Below the pieces are notes generated by a model, which worked only from the letters and a program-made list of their open reading frames with translations, was not told where the DNA came from and did no database searches. The position numbers were made by a program, and so were the translations under genes. A DNA stretch of 62,730 bases, the filler included, from Babesia bigemina (Eukaryota): the NCBI RefSeq assembly GCF_000981445.1. It is 10 parts of 10 records of this genome, joined end to end, with 100 filler letters (N's around TTAATTAATTAA, not from the genome) between each part and the next. Parts side by side here need not be neighbours in the genome. Positions count along the whole stretch, not along the records: positions 29,544 to 36,957 come from NW_012237128.1; positions 37,058 to 39,352 come from NW_012237129.1; positions 39,453 to 45,749 come from NW_012237130.1; 7 more parts are not named here. The stretch is one strand, 5' to 3'. Each line of letters opens with the position of its first letter. Position 1 is the stretch's first letter. This document shows, in pieces, positions 32,205-43,574 of the stretch.

Positions 32205-35200
32205 TTACGGTTGTAGATACGATATCTTGGCAAGCCTTCCGATTTGCGCTGCTGCCAACAATGACTGCGCCGTTATCTTGTGTGATGATGGTGATCGTAA
32301 GTGTGATTTGATGTGGAGCACATCCAGTCTGCCAACCATCACGCAAAGGAGGTAGAAGAGGGAGAGGGACCAGAGCGCGACGTTGAGCCATATAAATGGC
32401 TGTCTGATGGTGAAGATGAATTCGTCGCATCTGTCGAACAATTCCGTGAAGTATGTTGATCTAATGACGTTTTGGACTTGCTGTATAAATGCGAAACATG
32501 TTTTCTCGGATGCGGTCAAACTCTTGGCGTCTTCAAAAACGAAGCCGTATTTATACAGCGTAGGCAAAATGCCTTTGCAGCTGACGACGGAGGAGCATTT
32601 GCAAGCCCCTTCAATAATACCGTGTTCGCCTTTCTTACATTTGTCAGCACGGAGGCACGTGCTGCATCCCCAATCACGGCAGAAAATATTCTTCAACGCG
32701 TCATGTAAATTTTCAAGATATTTGTGGAGATCCCACGGTAGATATAGAGCCCAGGAAAGGTACGCATTCACGTGTTTCTTGGCTACGTAGTAGTAGGCAT
32801 CGTAGCATAGTGAATGAAGATATGGAGCGGTGTACGCAGTTTGCTCCGCACTTGCTGTCGACGTTGACAAACTTGACAAGTCAGCACGTTTGACTTCACG
32901 ATTTGGATGACCATTCTGAGTGCTACCATACGCATTACGAAGTGCGTCGGTCAGTGTGGCAGTCTGCTCATAAAGGCCAATGGATCTGCTGAGAGTGGAC
33001 GAATGGAATGCGTCCTTAATTAGATGCGTACCAGATTCATGCCACTTATTAACAAGTGACAAAGCAAAACCGAAGTGCTCAGGCAACGTAGACGGCGGTT
33101 TCGTAACGACGCATAGCAGCGATGAAATTAGATTGGTGCCGAAGAAATAGCTTAGGGTTTCATACAAATCCCAACCTTTACGCGTCGATCCCGAAAATCC
33201 TCTGAAGCCAAGCGGGGTCAAGCACGGCATTCCTGGTTTAGAGGTCGGGCATGTTTTACATTCAGCCTTGCAGCCAATGCCAGTTAACTGATGTGGTAAA
33301 TGCCCTGGCAGGCAGTCATTTAAGTAGCTCATTAGCGGAGACGTAGGTTGGCACTTTAGTTTATCGCTGGAATGCTCGGTACATTGCGATTTGCCTGTGG
33401 CTATATCCCTACCGTATAGGCAGTCACTCCACCCGAATTGGTCTGCCTTTACACCGCATCGCTTGAATAAGTACCTAAGCGGCGGTAAAAGTCTACGAAG
33501 AATATCTAAAAACATCTGGAGACAATCGGCGCCGCTTTGGGGGTATTTTAGACCGAAGGAGTTGTTACAGAAGTCAATGCCATAAATGGTGTCGGCGTCG
33601 CCGTGGCCTCCGATAGCACATAAGAGGTCGTAGGATTTGGTACAGATGTGGTGTAGCACGGTTCTGATATTCTTATATGTGAACTTTCTAGGACACGCAT
33701 CGATGTAGAACGAATCCATGTCGTATACGATGATGTCGTCATCATCGGTGAGCGGTTTGGCAGGGTTATCCAGGAGGTCAGTGAAACCGTCGGACTTCAA
33801 CTCAGCATATGCGTTGTTGTACGGGAGTCCCGCAAACCATATAAGCATTTCAAAGACACTACACGGCTGCCTCTTAGCTGCGAAGGTTGCACAGTGGCTG
33901 ACCTGATTGTACTCTTCCACGTGACTGCAGATACAGTTAAGAACGTCTAAGAGGTGGAACTTATCATTTCTGTCGTGATCTCTCGATTCACATCTCTCAA
34001 GATGCTCATTTTCATCTGCCTCCTTTATCGGCCACAATATTCTTTTATATACGTTCTCACCGATCACTGTCTCCTTATTCTGCAATTCACCGTCCTGCTT
34101 ATCGACAGAAACGCTGTAACCAAGACCTCTCATAGTTCTTCCGAGGTCAGTGGATTGGTTGATTTTCTGTTTACTCAAACTTCTACATTCGCCTCTCAAC
34201 CGGTCGAGGTCGTGGAACAGTGTCGCCAGTAAAGTCAGGAACGTTTTGGCGACGTTTCGGCCTTCCTTGGTTAACTCAGATTTTTTGGTGTCGTCAGGAT
34301 TTTTCACCAGCTCACCGCCAAACGCTACACTATCATATGCTGAGATGTACACCCTACGAAGTTCACCGATGAAGTGCGTCAGCCCCGCAATGAGACCGTC
34401 GATGACCGGGCTGCTCGGCTTGGCAAAGCCGTCAGGTTTGAGGTTGGCAATTGCAGCGTCAACGTTGTCAAGCAGCTCGGGCAGGGTGTGGTCATATCTG
34501 TGTGTCTTATTGATGTGGGTAAGCGCTTCACTAAATGCGTCGTAGACAGTCATGAGCTGTCCGTGATAGTCATACACATCCTTGACAGCGGGATGCTTCT
34601 TGTTGTTTTCCTCTTCGTTCAGTCTTACTGCTTCTTTTTTAACATATAGGTGAACATTAATGTAAAACTCCTTGAATTTCTGCGACAGATTTTTGAACGC
34701 TGTTTTCTTCTGCTCCGCCGAATCAACGGGGTCGGCTGCCAGACTGCTAAGCTTCTTAATATTTTCTCCAGTAGTTTTACTTTCCGTAACTTCACCCTCG
34801 ACAGCTGTCATGAAACCTTTGAAGCCTACCTTCAAATCCTCGTCGATGAGTTTTGGCAATGGTGACAGTTCCTCTTGCGCTTTTTCAGCGAAGGCATGGA
34901 GCAGGAACTTTATGGAGTCGACGTACTGCCAGCGGGCGTGGGAGGTGAGAGCGGCTTCAGCGTCCTTAATGTCTTTGTGCACTTCCTCTTTGAGTACTTT
35001 TGTAAAGTGTTGTTCGGCTTGCTCGGCGAACTTTAGAAACTCTTCGGCGTCATGGATAGGACCGACTTTGATTTCGTTGTGGAGTTCGTCGAGCTGACTG
35101 TAGATTTTTGTGATGCTGTTTTTAGCTGTCGTAGATGTGGAGAAATACTCATCTTTCAGCTGCGTGAGAGACTTCTTAGCGTAATATGCGTTGTTGCCGA

Positions 35201-36956
35201 CGGTGCTGCAGAGTTGCATGAGGAGGTTGGTAACCTGCGGAACTTGAGTGTGGAGTTTCTGCAGTTCACTCTGGATAAGCGCGAGGCCTTGGACGTCGGT
35301 GTGCTTATCTTTTATATCGGAGGTGAGGTTAACAGGATCCTTGCCAAGCATCTTCAACATATCGTCCAGGTAATTGGTAATACCGGTCTTCGAGTCACTT
35401 GATTTCGGCGTAGGTTTGTCACTGTCAACCAGCCCGGCGATTTCTTTGAGTTTGGTGGTGATTGATTCGAAGGGGGATTTGAAAGTTTCGTCGCTATCAA
35501 TTTCTGTTCCGAGGGTCCCATTGTTAAGCTTGGTCGTCACATTTGTCTTAATCTCACCGATCGCCGCGGGGAGGGAGCCTTCCTCGGTGGTGCCGGTTAG
35601 TTGTTCAGATTTCATCGGTTGAGAGACGTGACGTTTGTAACCTTCGAACTTTTTTGACTCCTCCGTGAGTGTGACAGTACTTTTACTTCTGTCACTACTC
35701 CCGATCTCCGTGTCGAGCGTCTCCGTAACCTTGTTGATCGCAGCGTCTACGGCGGCGGCGTAGTTGGTGCCGGCGGCATGGGTACCTAGTTTAAGCACTT
35801 TTTCGAGTTTTTCGTAAAAGTCATTGGCCGTATTCAATGACCCCTGCACCATTGAGGCAATGTTAGGACTGGGATTGCTAAGCAGCAATGTTTTAAGTTC
35901 GTTCGCAACTTGCTTGGCCATGCCGACAAGCTGATGAAGGATGCCGTCAACAGCATTGTAGAGGTCGGTTTTGTAATGATACGTTTGTTTGTCCTCATAT
36001 ACCAACTCCGTATCGTGTTCAATCTTCCGAATTATTTCATCTCCCTTGATATCGCCGATTTTTATTTTGTTCTCAAGTTTCTTAGCCAACTCATCAAGAC
36101 AAGAGGCCACATTTGTGAGATTTTCTTTTAAATCGGTAACATTTTTCTTCACATGTGAGGCGCATTGCTTAATATCCTGCGTAAGCTTCGGCTTGATGTG
36201 ATCGAAAATTATTTTCTTGACTTTATCCTGCGCCTCCTTTTGCTGTTTAATTTTATAGTAACCGTACGTTTGGTTATATGTAACGTATTTTGTGAGAGAC
36301 CCATCGACAGCTCCTAATACATTCAACACACTGCTCTCCATCCACCCATGTACTGTATTTTCAATATTGGAATCGGTAAATTTATTAACATAGTCGCTTA
36401 CTTTTTTTGTAACTCCTTGGAGTCCGGATAATCTTCCTGTTTCTCCAGTATTTCCCCTGATGCTGCCAACTTGACCTTTTACATGCTTTAATACATTCTC
36501 GATGCCTTGATTATTTTTTCCTGCGCCTGTTCTCCCGAAGACAGTCTCGTACAGCTCCCCTATCTTATTTTTAATCCCCGTCACCTGCCTACTAACAGCA
36601 TCCTTCACCTTGTACAAATCCCCTTTAAGCGCAGCGTCCATAGATTTCACCTGCGCAAGCGCTCTTTGCACCCATGTACCTATCTGATTTTTAAGTTGTT
36701 TCGCCGCCTCACGAAGTTTATCAGCCTTATCTTTCATATCGCTTGCTAACCCATAAATTTTAGTTTTATCGACATTATTTGTAGTCTCAACCATCCCACC
36801 AATCTGCGTACACTTCTCCTTCGCCAGTTTCACAGCCTCCGTGCCCGCAGCATTCCACTTAGTCAACTCTACAATTCTAGTATCAAGACCGTCGCTAATT
36901 GTTCGCACTTTTTCCTCAATTTTTTTCTTATCATTAGTCTCCCCCACTGCTGGTTC
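32205..36956 (-). CDS. ves1: ves1-family gene (5' end truncated by contig), SPLMSYLNDCLPGHLPH core class
   Basis: About 1580-codon ORF with TM and KISYLQP tail. Confidence 0.9.
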   Translation of the reverse strand, partial: EPAVGETNDKKKIEEKVRTISDGLDTRIVELTKWNAAGTEAVKLAKEKCTQIGGMVETTNNVDKTKIYGLASDMKDKADKLREAAKQLKNQIGTWVQRALAQVKSMDAALKGDLYKVKDAVSRQVTGIKNKIGELYETVFGRTGAGKNNQGIENVLKHVKGQVGSIRGNTGETGRLSGLQGVTKKVSDYVNKFTDSNIENTVHGWMESSVLNVLGAVDGSLTKYVTYNQTYGYYKIKQQKEAQDKVKKIIFDHIKPKLTQDIKQCASHVKKNVTDLKENLTNVASCLDELAKKLENKIKIGDIKGDEIIRKIEHDTELVYEDKQTYHYKTDLYNAVDGILHQLVGMAKQVANELKTLLLSNPSPNIASMVQGSLNTANDFYEKLEKVLKLGTHAAGTNYAAAVDAAINKVTETLDTEIGSSDRSKSTVTLTEESKKFEGYKRHVSQPMKSEQLTGTTEEGSLPAAIGEIKTNVTTKLNNGTLGTEIDSDETFKSPFESITTKLKEIAGLVDSDKPTPKSSDSKTGITNYLDDMLKMLGKDPVNLTSDIKDKHTDVQGLALIQSELQKLHTQVPQVTNLLMQLCSTVGNNAYYAKKSLTQLKDEYFSTSTTAKNSITKIYSQLDELHNEIKVGPIHDAEEFLKFAEQAEQHFTKVLKEEVHKDIKDAEAALTSHARWQYVDSIKFLLHAFAEKAQEELSPLPKLIDEDLKVGFKGFMTAVEGEVTESKTTGENIKKLSSLAADPVDSAEQKKTAFKNLSQKFKEFYINVHLYVKKEAVRLNEEENNKKHPAVKDVYDYHGQLMTVYDAFSEALTHINKTHRYDHTLPELLDNVDAAIANLKPDGFAKPSSPVIDGLIAGLTHFIGELRRVYISAYDSVAFGGELVKNPDDTKKSELTKEGRNVAKTFLTLLATLFHDLDRLRGECRSLSKQKINQSTDLGRTMRGLGYSVSVDKQDGELQNKETVIGENVYKRILWPIKEADENEHLERCESRDHDRNDKFHLLDVLNCICSHVEEYNQVSHCATFAAKRQPCSVFEMLIWFAGLPYNNAYAELKSDGFTDLLDNPAKPLTDDDDIIVYDMDSFYIDACPRKFTYKNIRTVLHHICTKSYDLLCAIGGHGDADTIYGIDFCNNSFGLKYPQSGADCLQMFLDILRRLLPPLRYLFKRCGVKADQFGWSDCLYGRDIATGKSQCTEHSSDKLKCQPTSPLMSYLNDCLPGHLPHQLTGIGCKAECKTCPTSKPGMPCLTPLGFRGFSGSTRKGWDLYETLSYFFGTNLISSLLCVVTKPPSTLPEHFGFALSLVNKWHESGTHLIKDAFHSSTLSRSIGLYEQTATLTDALRNAYGSTQNGHPNREVKRADLSSLSTSTASAEQTAYTAPYLHSLCYDAYYYVAKKHVNAYLSWALYLPWDLHKYLENLHDALKNIFCRDWGCSTCLRADKCKKGEHGIIEGACKCSSVVSCKGILPTLYKYGFVFEDAKSLTASEKTCFAFIQQVQNVIRSTYFTELFDRCDEFIFTIRQPFIWLNVALWSLSLFYLLCVMVGRLDVLHIKSHLRSPSSHKITAQSLLAAAQIGRLAKISYLQP

Positions 36957-37057
36957 ANNNNNNNNNNNNNNNNNNNNNNNNNNNNNNNNNNNNNNNNNNN
37001 NTTAATTAATTAANNNNNNNNNNNNNNNNNNNNNNNNNNNNNNNNNNNNNNNNNNNN

Positions 37058-37300
37058 CACTGCCGCTCCCAGTCCCCTCAACCTGCAAACATATCAATCA
37101 CCTATGCAAACACTCACCTACTGCAACACGTACCACTGCCGCTCCCAGTCCCCTCAACCTGCAAACATCAATCACTTAAGCAGCACTCACCAACTGCAAC
37201 ACTACCACTGCCGCCCCCAGTCCCCTCAACCTGCAAGCATATCAATCACCTAGCAAGCACTCACCAACTGCAACACTACCACTGCCGCTCCCAGTCCCTT
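37058..37300 (-). repeat. ~75-bp repeat (partial)
   Basis: Tandem units. Confidence 0.88.
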
Positions 37301-37319
37301 CATCACCACTCACCCTCAC

Positions 37320-37810
37320 CGTTGTATCCCCCCAGCCCAGGCCACCGACACCCACGCTGCCCAGGATACCACAGCTGCCCTGACGCAACGCATGTCATCA
37401 GCACCAACTGTCCTTTAAATTATTCATTATTCGCAACGCCATAAAAATTGCAGCGAACCCCGTGCGCTCAACTCCCACAGTGCAGCAGCACCGTGCTACG
37501 AGCCGCGGTATCGGCGCCATACTGGCGGAGCGTGTTGGCTACGTGCCTAAATGTGATATTAACAATCGCTACCTTGCCGCCTATAAATGCTACTTAACCG
37601 GGCCAACGCGCATTACGCCACCCTGCCAGTGACTCGCAACACACGACTTAGGTCACCCGCCGCGGCCCTCACGGCCGCCTACGTTAGCAACCAATCACCC
37701 AGCCTCACGTGACAGTGACTTAATGGACAACGCAGACACCTCTCACAGTCAACGCACAACTCAACGCACCAGGCAATCAACGTGTTACAACACCCACCAA
37801 ATTACGGTTC
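37320..37810 (-). promoter_or_regulatory. Conserved ~480-bp element
   Basis: Copy of 2350-2830. Confidence 0.5.
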
Positions 37811-37811
37811 A

Positions 37812-38432
37812 TGTGCTCGCTTAGCACTTTGCCTGGCTGCTCGCTTACCACTTTGCCTGGTTGCTAACTTAGCACTTTGCCTGATTGCTAGCTTACCACT
37901 TTGCCTGGGTGCTAACTTAGCACTTTGCCTGATTGCTAGCTTACCACTTTGCCTGGTTGCTAGCTTAGCACTTAGCTTGCGTGCCAGCTTACCACTTTGC
38001 CTGGATGCTAGCTCAGCACTTTGCCTGGGTGCTAGCTCAGCACTTTGCCTGGGTGCTAGCTTAGCACTTTACCTGGGTGCTAGCTTAGCACGTTGCTTGA
38101 GTGCTAGGTCAACACGTTGCCTGTGTGCTAGGTTAGCACTTTGCCTGTGTGCTAGGTTAGCACTTTGCCTGTGTGCTAGGTTAGCACTTTGCCTGTGTGC
38201 TAGGTTAGCACTTTGCCTGAGTGCCAGCTTAGCACCTTGCCTGGATGCTAGGTTAACACGTTGCCTGTGTGCTAGCTTAGCACCTTGCCTGGATGCTAGC
38301 TTAGCACTTTGCCTGGTTGCTAGGTTAACACGTTGCCTGGGTGCTAGGTCAACACGTTGCCTGGGTGCTAGGTTAGCACTTTGCCTGTGTGCTAGGTTAG
38401 CACGTTGCATGAGTGCTAGGTTAGCACTTTGC
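37812..38432. repeat. 24-bp repeat
   Basis: Tandem units. Confidence 0.92.
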
Positions 38433-38578
38433 ATTGTCGTTCACTCATCACCTAAATTAGGTGCTATCTAGTTCACAGGTTGCCGCTAGAGTAATTCGAG
38501 ACATTAGACTACGTTTGTTTGTTAGGTGAGTAGGTGAGTAGTTACGTGAGTTGCTGTGAATTACTAGTGTGAATACAA

Positions 38579-39352
38579 TTACGGTTGTAGATACGATATC
38601 TTGGCAAGCCTTCCGACTTGCGCTGCAGCCAACAATGACTGCGGCGTTATCTTGTGCGACGACGGTATCCTCAGGTGTGAGCGTATGTGGAGCACATCCA
38701 GTCTGCCAACCATTACGCAGATGAGGTAGAAGAGGGACAGTGACCAGAGTGCCACGGTCATCCACAGGAAGGGTGCGCGGATGGCGAACATGAAATTATC
38801 AATGGCTTTGAAAAACTTCACAAGATGTGAGTCCTTCTCAAATGCCTCCGCAAATACATTACAGAAATCTCTGCACGTGCGTTTTGTATGCGATGGTCTA
38901 TCCCCGTTCAGCCTCTCTGGATCGCCGAGAACGAAGCCGTACTTCGCCAATGTCGGCAGCGTAGCATTGCACTTTACAATGGATTTGCATTTGGCATCGT
39001 GATATCGTGGCGGATCTTGCGCTATGGTTGTAGTTGGACACCCCTTGATGCACGCTTTTACGTGGCAATTCGATCCCCTGGCACCGCATTTGGAATTGCA
39101 CTCATCATACAATTTCTTAAGCAGATCGTAGAACGTCGCCGTCAGGTAAACTATCCACGACAAGTACTTATCGGCGTGTTTTGACGAGAACGTCTCGTAG
39201 ATGGATTGACTGATGGGACGGAGATAAGGACCGCATACGACGGCTTCCCTTGATAAGCATACGAGACTGCCCAGACTACCATCGGAGTGGCCCTTCTTCA
39301 ATGCTGAGTGACTAGGGGTAAATAAGTAGTAGACTTTCAACTCACCATAACT
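38579..39352 (-). CDS. ves1: ves1-family gene, 3' fragment (contig-truncated)
   Basis: KYLSWIVYL, Cys-rich region, TM, KISYLQP. Confidence 0.85.
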   Translation of the reverse strand, partial: SYGELKVYYLFTPSHSALKKGHSDGSLGSLVCLSREAVVCGPYLRPISQSIYETFSSKHADKYLSWIVYLTATFYDLLKKLYDECNSKCGARGSNCHVKACIKGCPTTTIAQDPPRYHDAKCKSIVKCNATLPTLAKYGFVLGDPERLNGDRPSHTKRTCRDFCNVFAEAFEKDSHLVKFFKAIDNFMFAIRAPFLWMTVALWSLSLFYLICVMVGRLDVLHIRSHLRIPSSHKITPQSLLAAAQVGRLAKISYLQP

Positions 39353-39452
39353 NNNNNNNNNNNNNNNNNNNNNNNNNNNNNNNNNNNNNNNNNNNNTTAA
39401 TTAATTAANNNNNNNNNNNNNNNNNNNNNNNNNNNNNNNNNNNNNNNNNNNN

Positions 39453-42400
39453 GACGCCGCGATCGGAAAAATTAAAACCGTAGCTGAGCATCACATCGGA
39501 ACAAGCGACCTTGTAGGCGACAAAATTTCGGAGCTCGGTAAAGAAGGGTTTGAGCAATATAAAAAGCAAGTCTTGCAGACACCAGAAAGCTTGGCCGTCG
39601 CGGACGATGACCCAAACAAACTTGAAGGCACCCTCCCCGCTGCCATCAAGAGAATCCGAGATGAAATGAAAAACGTTTTGAGACAAATTGAACCTGACAT
39701 TAAGCTTGACAACGGTCTTGAGCAGATTGACGCTTCCACCTTCAACAAGCCTTTCGATGAAATTAAGCGAAACATCGATGACCTGTGCACGACCATCAGA
39801 GAGGTTGGAGGCAACGCCCGAGACAACCTTAGACTTTTGAAAGATACTTACTTTAGTAAGAAGTCAAATCTTAGAGGTAGTATATATAAAATCAAGCAAG
39901 ATCTCACCGATCTGCAGAAGAGTTTGGAGACTGGTCTGATTAAAACTACCACGGATGTCTTGAACGGCATGATTCCAACTCGAGACGCCACCATCACGTT
40001 GCTTGACAACCAAGTTCAACAGGAGGTTAAGATTGCTAGGAACGCTCTAAACATCCACGCGCAGAAGCAGTACATTGAGTCACTGAAAGAGCTGCTGACG
40101 GCATTCTCTCGAAAGGTCGAAAAGGAACTCGAACCTTTGCCGAGAGACATTTCCCTCGACTTGACCCTTGGCTTCAAAGGTTTTATGACGGCATTTGAAC
40201 GGGATTTCATTACTAACGAAAAGTCAATTAGAGGTATTAGAGACATGAACCCTAAGTTCACACCTCAAAAGGAGTCCCTGCTAAGCCAGGCTGCTTCCAA
40301 ATTCTTCGGTAGCGTCAACAGATTTCTGCATGATTTGCATAAACAGCAGGACTTTACGACGGACTTTGAGAAAATTCAGCCAACGCGTGAGGCGCTAGCT
40401 AAGTTGTTTGGAGAACTTGTCGATTCACAACACTTCGATCATGTCTTTACCAAAAACCTCGATGCCCTCAGTAATGCCGTCACTGCCTTCAAGCCCGCTA
40501 CCTACGGCGCAGCCAAGAGCCCCTTGCTCCTCAATGCTTTAAAAGCAGGCTTCACCCCTCTCGTCGAGGAGCTCAAAAAGGCATACGTAAGCAGTTACTC
40601 CGGGAGACAATGGCAGGAGGCAGAACTGGGACACTACGCCAAAATCGGCTTGACCATCACGCCCATCTTATACGACGCTCTAACTGAACTCAAGAATAGA
40701 CTTGAATATGAGAAGTGGAATGATCACAAAATCTATCACCCAGCTGACAGCACCTCAAGCCTCCACGCTCTCTTCTTCCGCGACAACGGGTATGACGTCC
40801 GTCGTCCTGAGAACGCTGAGCATGGCGAGCTGAATCACAATCGTGACTTCAACGGTAGCTGCATTCTCAAACACCTAACCAACAAAACGCATAATTTGTT
40901 CAGCCAACTGTCATATCCCGTCACCGACATTCCTCGATCGGCATCCGGGTCGGACGAGCTGGGTGTAACCGTCGCAGAGGAGAGTGGTCTCATCAAAAAA
41001 CTCTATGATTTCCTACAGACGTACTTCAAAGTATGCCACTTAATAATCCACCCGAAAACTAGACCACCGTGCTCCGTTTACGAAATTCTCGTCTGGTGCT
41101 GCGGCCTGCAGTTCAACCACGTGTACGAGAAGCTCAAGGCGCACGTTGAATCCGAGTTCATGAAGGAGGACAAGCTAAATCCAGGTACAAAGAAGCTGCA
41201 GCCCTTCGAAGCGCACCCATATCCAGTCAAATACACTGACGTAGAAGAGCAGCTCTACAAAGTGTCTGCCCACTCCCACGCCGTCCTCACCGCTATCCTA
41301 GGCCACGGTCACAGGGACGGAATCTACGCGTGTGAGTTCTCCAACAACTCGCTAAAATTCGATTACCCAACCAGCATGATCCAACTGCTGTGTACGTTGT
41401 TCGACCTGCTCAAGCGCCTCTACCACCAGCTGTACTTCCTGCTGCAGCAGTGTCGGCACAATGCTCAGCTCAGCGGCTGGAGGGACTGCCACTACGGCAG
41501 GTACATCGGTGGGTCGGGCTGGCAGTGCAACACGAAGCAGTGCCCTAAGCAAGACTGCGACCAACGGCATGACCAAAGTGGCAGTCAAAGGGGTGGCCAA
41601 TATCCCAACTGCGGCGTCAAGTCGCCACTGCAGTCGTTCCTGGAGGACGGTCTGAAAGGCCACCTGCCGCATTCGGTGTCAGCTAGGGGATCCAGTCTGT
41701 CATGTGGCACGTGTGGTAGTACACCTGGTATGCCGTGCAGAACGCCAATGGGCTTCGCTGACATCGGTGCCACCGCGTCGCATACGATGATGGGCCAGGA
41801 TATGTGGGAGGTGCTTTACGATTTCTGTGGCCGTCCTAACTCCCCTCTCACTAGACTGTGCGGTTACCTCAACTGCCTTTTGCCTAGTGCGCCGAAAACG
41901 CTGGCGGACATGTTCAGCTTCTACTATCATCTCACCGATCGCTGGGGTATGAGTGGTAACGGACACAAGAGAGAGGCATTTGAAGAGAAACTAAACGCTG
42001 CCAATTTCGGGCGTCCTTATGGTGAGTTAAAAGTCTACTACCTATTTACCCCTAGTCACTCAGCATTGAAGAAGGGCCACTCCGATGGCAGCCTGGGCAG
42101 TCTCGTATGCTTATCAAGGGACTCCGTCGTATGCGGTCCTTTTTTGCGTCCCATCGGTCACGCCATCTACGAGACGTTCTCGTCAAAACACGCCGATAAA
42201 TATTTGTCGTGGATCGTATACCTGACGGCAAGCTTTTACGATCTGCTGAAGAAATTGTATGATGAGTGCAATTCTAAATGCGGCTCCAGGGGCACCAATT
42301 GTCACGAACGAGCGTGCGTCAAGGAGTGTAGAACTACATCCACCAAGAATAAACCGCCACGATATCACGATGCCAAATGCAAATCCATTGTAAAGTGCAA

Positions 42401-42788
42401 TGCTACGCTTCCGATATTGGCAAAATACGGGTTCACGTTTGGGGTTAAAGACAAGCTCAACGGAGATGAAAGCATAGATAAGAAACGCACGTGCAGAGAT
42501 TTCTGCAATGTATTCCAAGAGGCTTTTAACGAAAACTCACACCTAATACAACTCATAAAAGCCATTGACGAATTCATATTCACCATCAGAGAGCCGTTTA
42601 TATGGCTTAACGTCGCACTTTGGTCACTATCCCTCTTCTACCTCATCTGCGTAATGGTTGGCAGACTGGATGTGCTCCACATACGCTCACACCTGAGAAT
42701 ACCGTCGTCGCACAAGATAACGGCGCAGTCATTGTTGGCTGCAGCGCAAGTCGGAAGGCTTGCCAAGATATCGTATCTACAACCGTAA
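39453..42788 (+). CDS. ves1: ves1-family gene, 3' part (5' end truncated by contig)
   Basis: Frame open from contig start; family motifs and tail. Confidence 0.9.
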   Translation, partial: DAAIGKIKTVAEHHIGTSDLVGDKISELGKEGFEQYKKQVLQTPESLAVADDDPNKLEGTLPAAIKRIRDEMKNVLRQIEPDIKLDNGLEQIDASTFNKPFDEIKRNIDDLCTTIREVGGNARDNLRLLKDTYFSKKSNLRGSIYKIKQDLTDLQKSLETGLIKTTTDVLNGMIPTRDATITLLDNQVQQEVKIARNALNIHAQKQYIESLKELLTAFSRKVEKELEPLPRDISLDLTLGFKGFMTAFERDFITNEKSIRGIRDMNPKFTPQKESLLSQAASKFFGSVNRFLHDLHKQQDFTTDFEKIQPTREALAKLFGELVDSQHFDHVFTKNLDALSNAVTAFKPATYGAAKSPLLLNALKAGFTPLVEELKKAYVSSYSGRQWQEAELGHYAKIGLTITPILYDALTELKNRLEYEKWNDHKIYHPADSTSSLHALFFRDNGYDVRRPENAEHGELNHNRDFNGSCILKHLTNKTHNLFSQLSYPVTDIPRSASGSDELGVTVAEESGLIKKLYDFLQTYFKVCHLIIHPKTRPPCSVYEILVWCCGLQFNHVYEKLKAHVESEFMKEDKLNPGTKKLQPFEAHPYPVKYTDVEEQLYKVSAHSHAVLTAILGHGHRDGIYACEFSNNSLKFDYPTSMIQLLCTLFDLLKRLYHQLYFLLQQCRHNAQLSGWRDCHYGRYIGGSGWQCNTKQCPKQDCDQRHDQSGSQRGGQYPNCGVKSPLQSFLEDGLKGHLPHSVSARGSSLSCGTCGSTPGMPCRTPMGFADIGATASHTMMGQDMWEVLYDFCGRPNSPLTRLCGYLNCLLPSAPKTLADMFSFYYHLTDRWGMSGNGHKREAFEEKLNAANFGRPYGELKVYYLFTPSHSALKKGHSDGSLGSLVCLSRDSVVCGPFLRPIGHAIYETFSSKHADKYLSWIVYLTASFYDLLKKLYDECNSKCGSRGTNCHERACVKECRTTSTKNKPPRYHDAKCKSIVKCNATLPILAKYGFTFGVKDKLNGDESIDKKRTCRDFCNVFQEAFNENSHLIQLIKAIDEFIFTIREPFIWLNVALWSLSLFYLICVMVGRLDVLHIRSHLRIPSSHKITAQSLLAAAQVGRLAKISYLQP

Positions 42789-42944
42789 TTGTATTCACGT
42801 TTGTAATTCACATCAACTCACGTAACTACTCACCTAGCTTTTCACCTACTCACCTAACTGACAAACGTAGTTTAATGTCTCGAATTACTCTAGCGGCAAC
42901 CTGTGAACTAAATAGCGTTAAAATTAAGTGATGACTGGACGACA

Positions 42945-43088
42945 AAGCAACGTGTTGACCTAGCAACCAGGCAAAGTGCTAAGCAAGCACCCAGGCAAAG
43001 TGATAAGCTAGCACCCAGGGAAAGTGCAAAGCTAGCAAGCAGGCAAAGTGCTAACCTAGCAACCAGGCAAAGAGCTGAGCTGGCACAT
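42945..43088. repeat. 24-bp repeat (opposite orientation)
   Basis: Tandem units. Confidence 0.88.
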
Positions 43089-43089
43089 G

Positions 43090-43560
43090 AACCGTAATTT
43101 GGTTGTTGCGTTGAGTTGTGCGTTGACTGTGAGAGGTGTCCGCGTTGCCCATTGAGTCAGTGTCACGTGAGGCTGGGTGATTGGTCGCTAACGTAGGCGG
43201 CCGTGAGGGCCGCGGCGGGTGACCCAAGTCGTGTGTTGCGAGTCACTGGCAGGGTGGCGTTATCCGCGTTGACCCAGTTAAGTAGCATTTATAGGCAGCA
43301 ATGTAGCGATTGTTAATATCACATTTAGGCACGTAGCCGACACACTCCGCCAGCATGGCGCCAATACCGCGGCTCGTAGCACGGTGCTGCTGCACTGTGG
43401 GAGTTGAGCGCACGGGTCGATGCAATTTTAATGGCGTAGCGAATAGTGAATAATTTAAAGTAGCTGTTGGTGCTTATGACATGCGTCGCGTCAGGGCAGC
43501 CGTGGTATCCTGGGCAGCGTGGGTGTCGGTGGCCTGGGCTGGGGGGACACAGCGGTGAGG
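43090..43560 (+). promoter_or_regulatory. Conserved ~480-bp element
   Basis: Reverse-complement copy of 2350-2830. Confidence 0.5.
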
Positions 43561-43574
43561 GTAAGTGTTGATGA

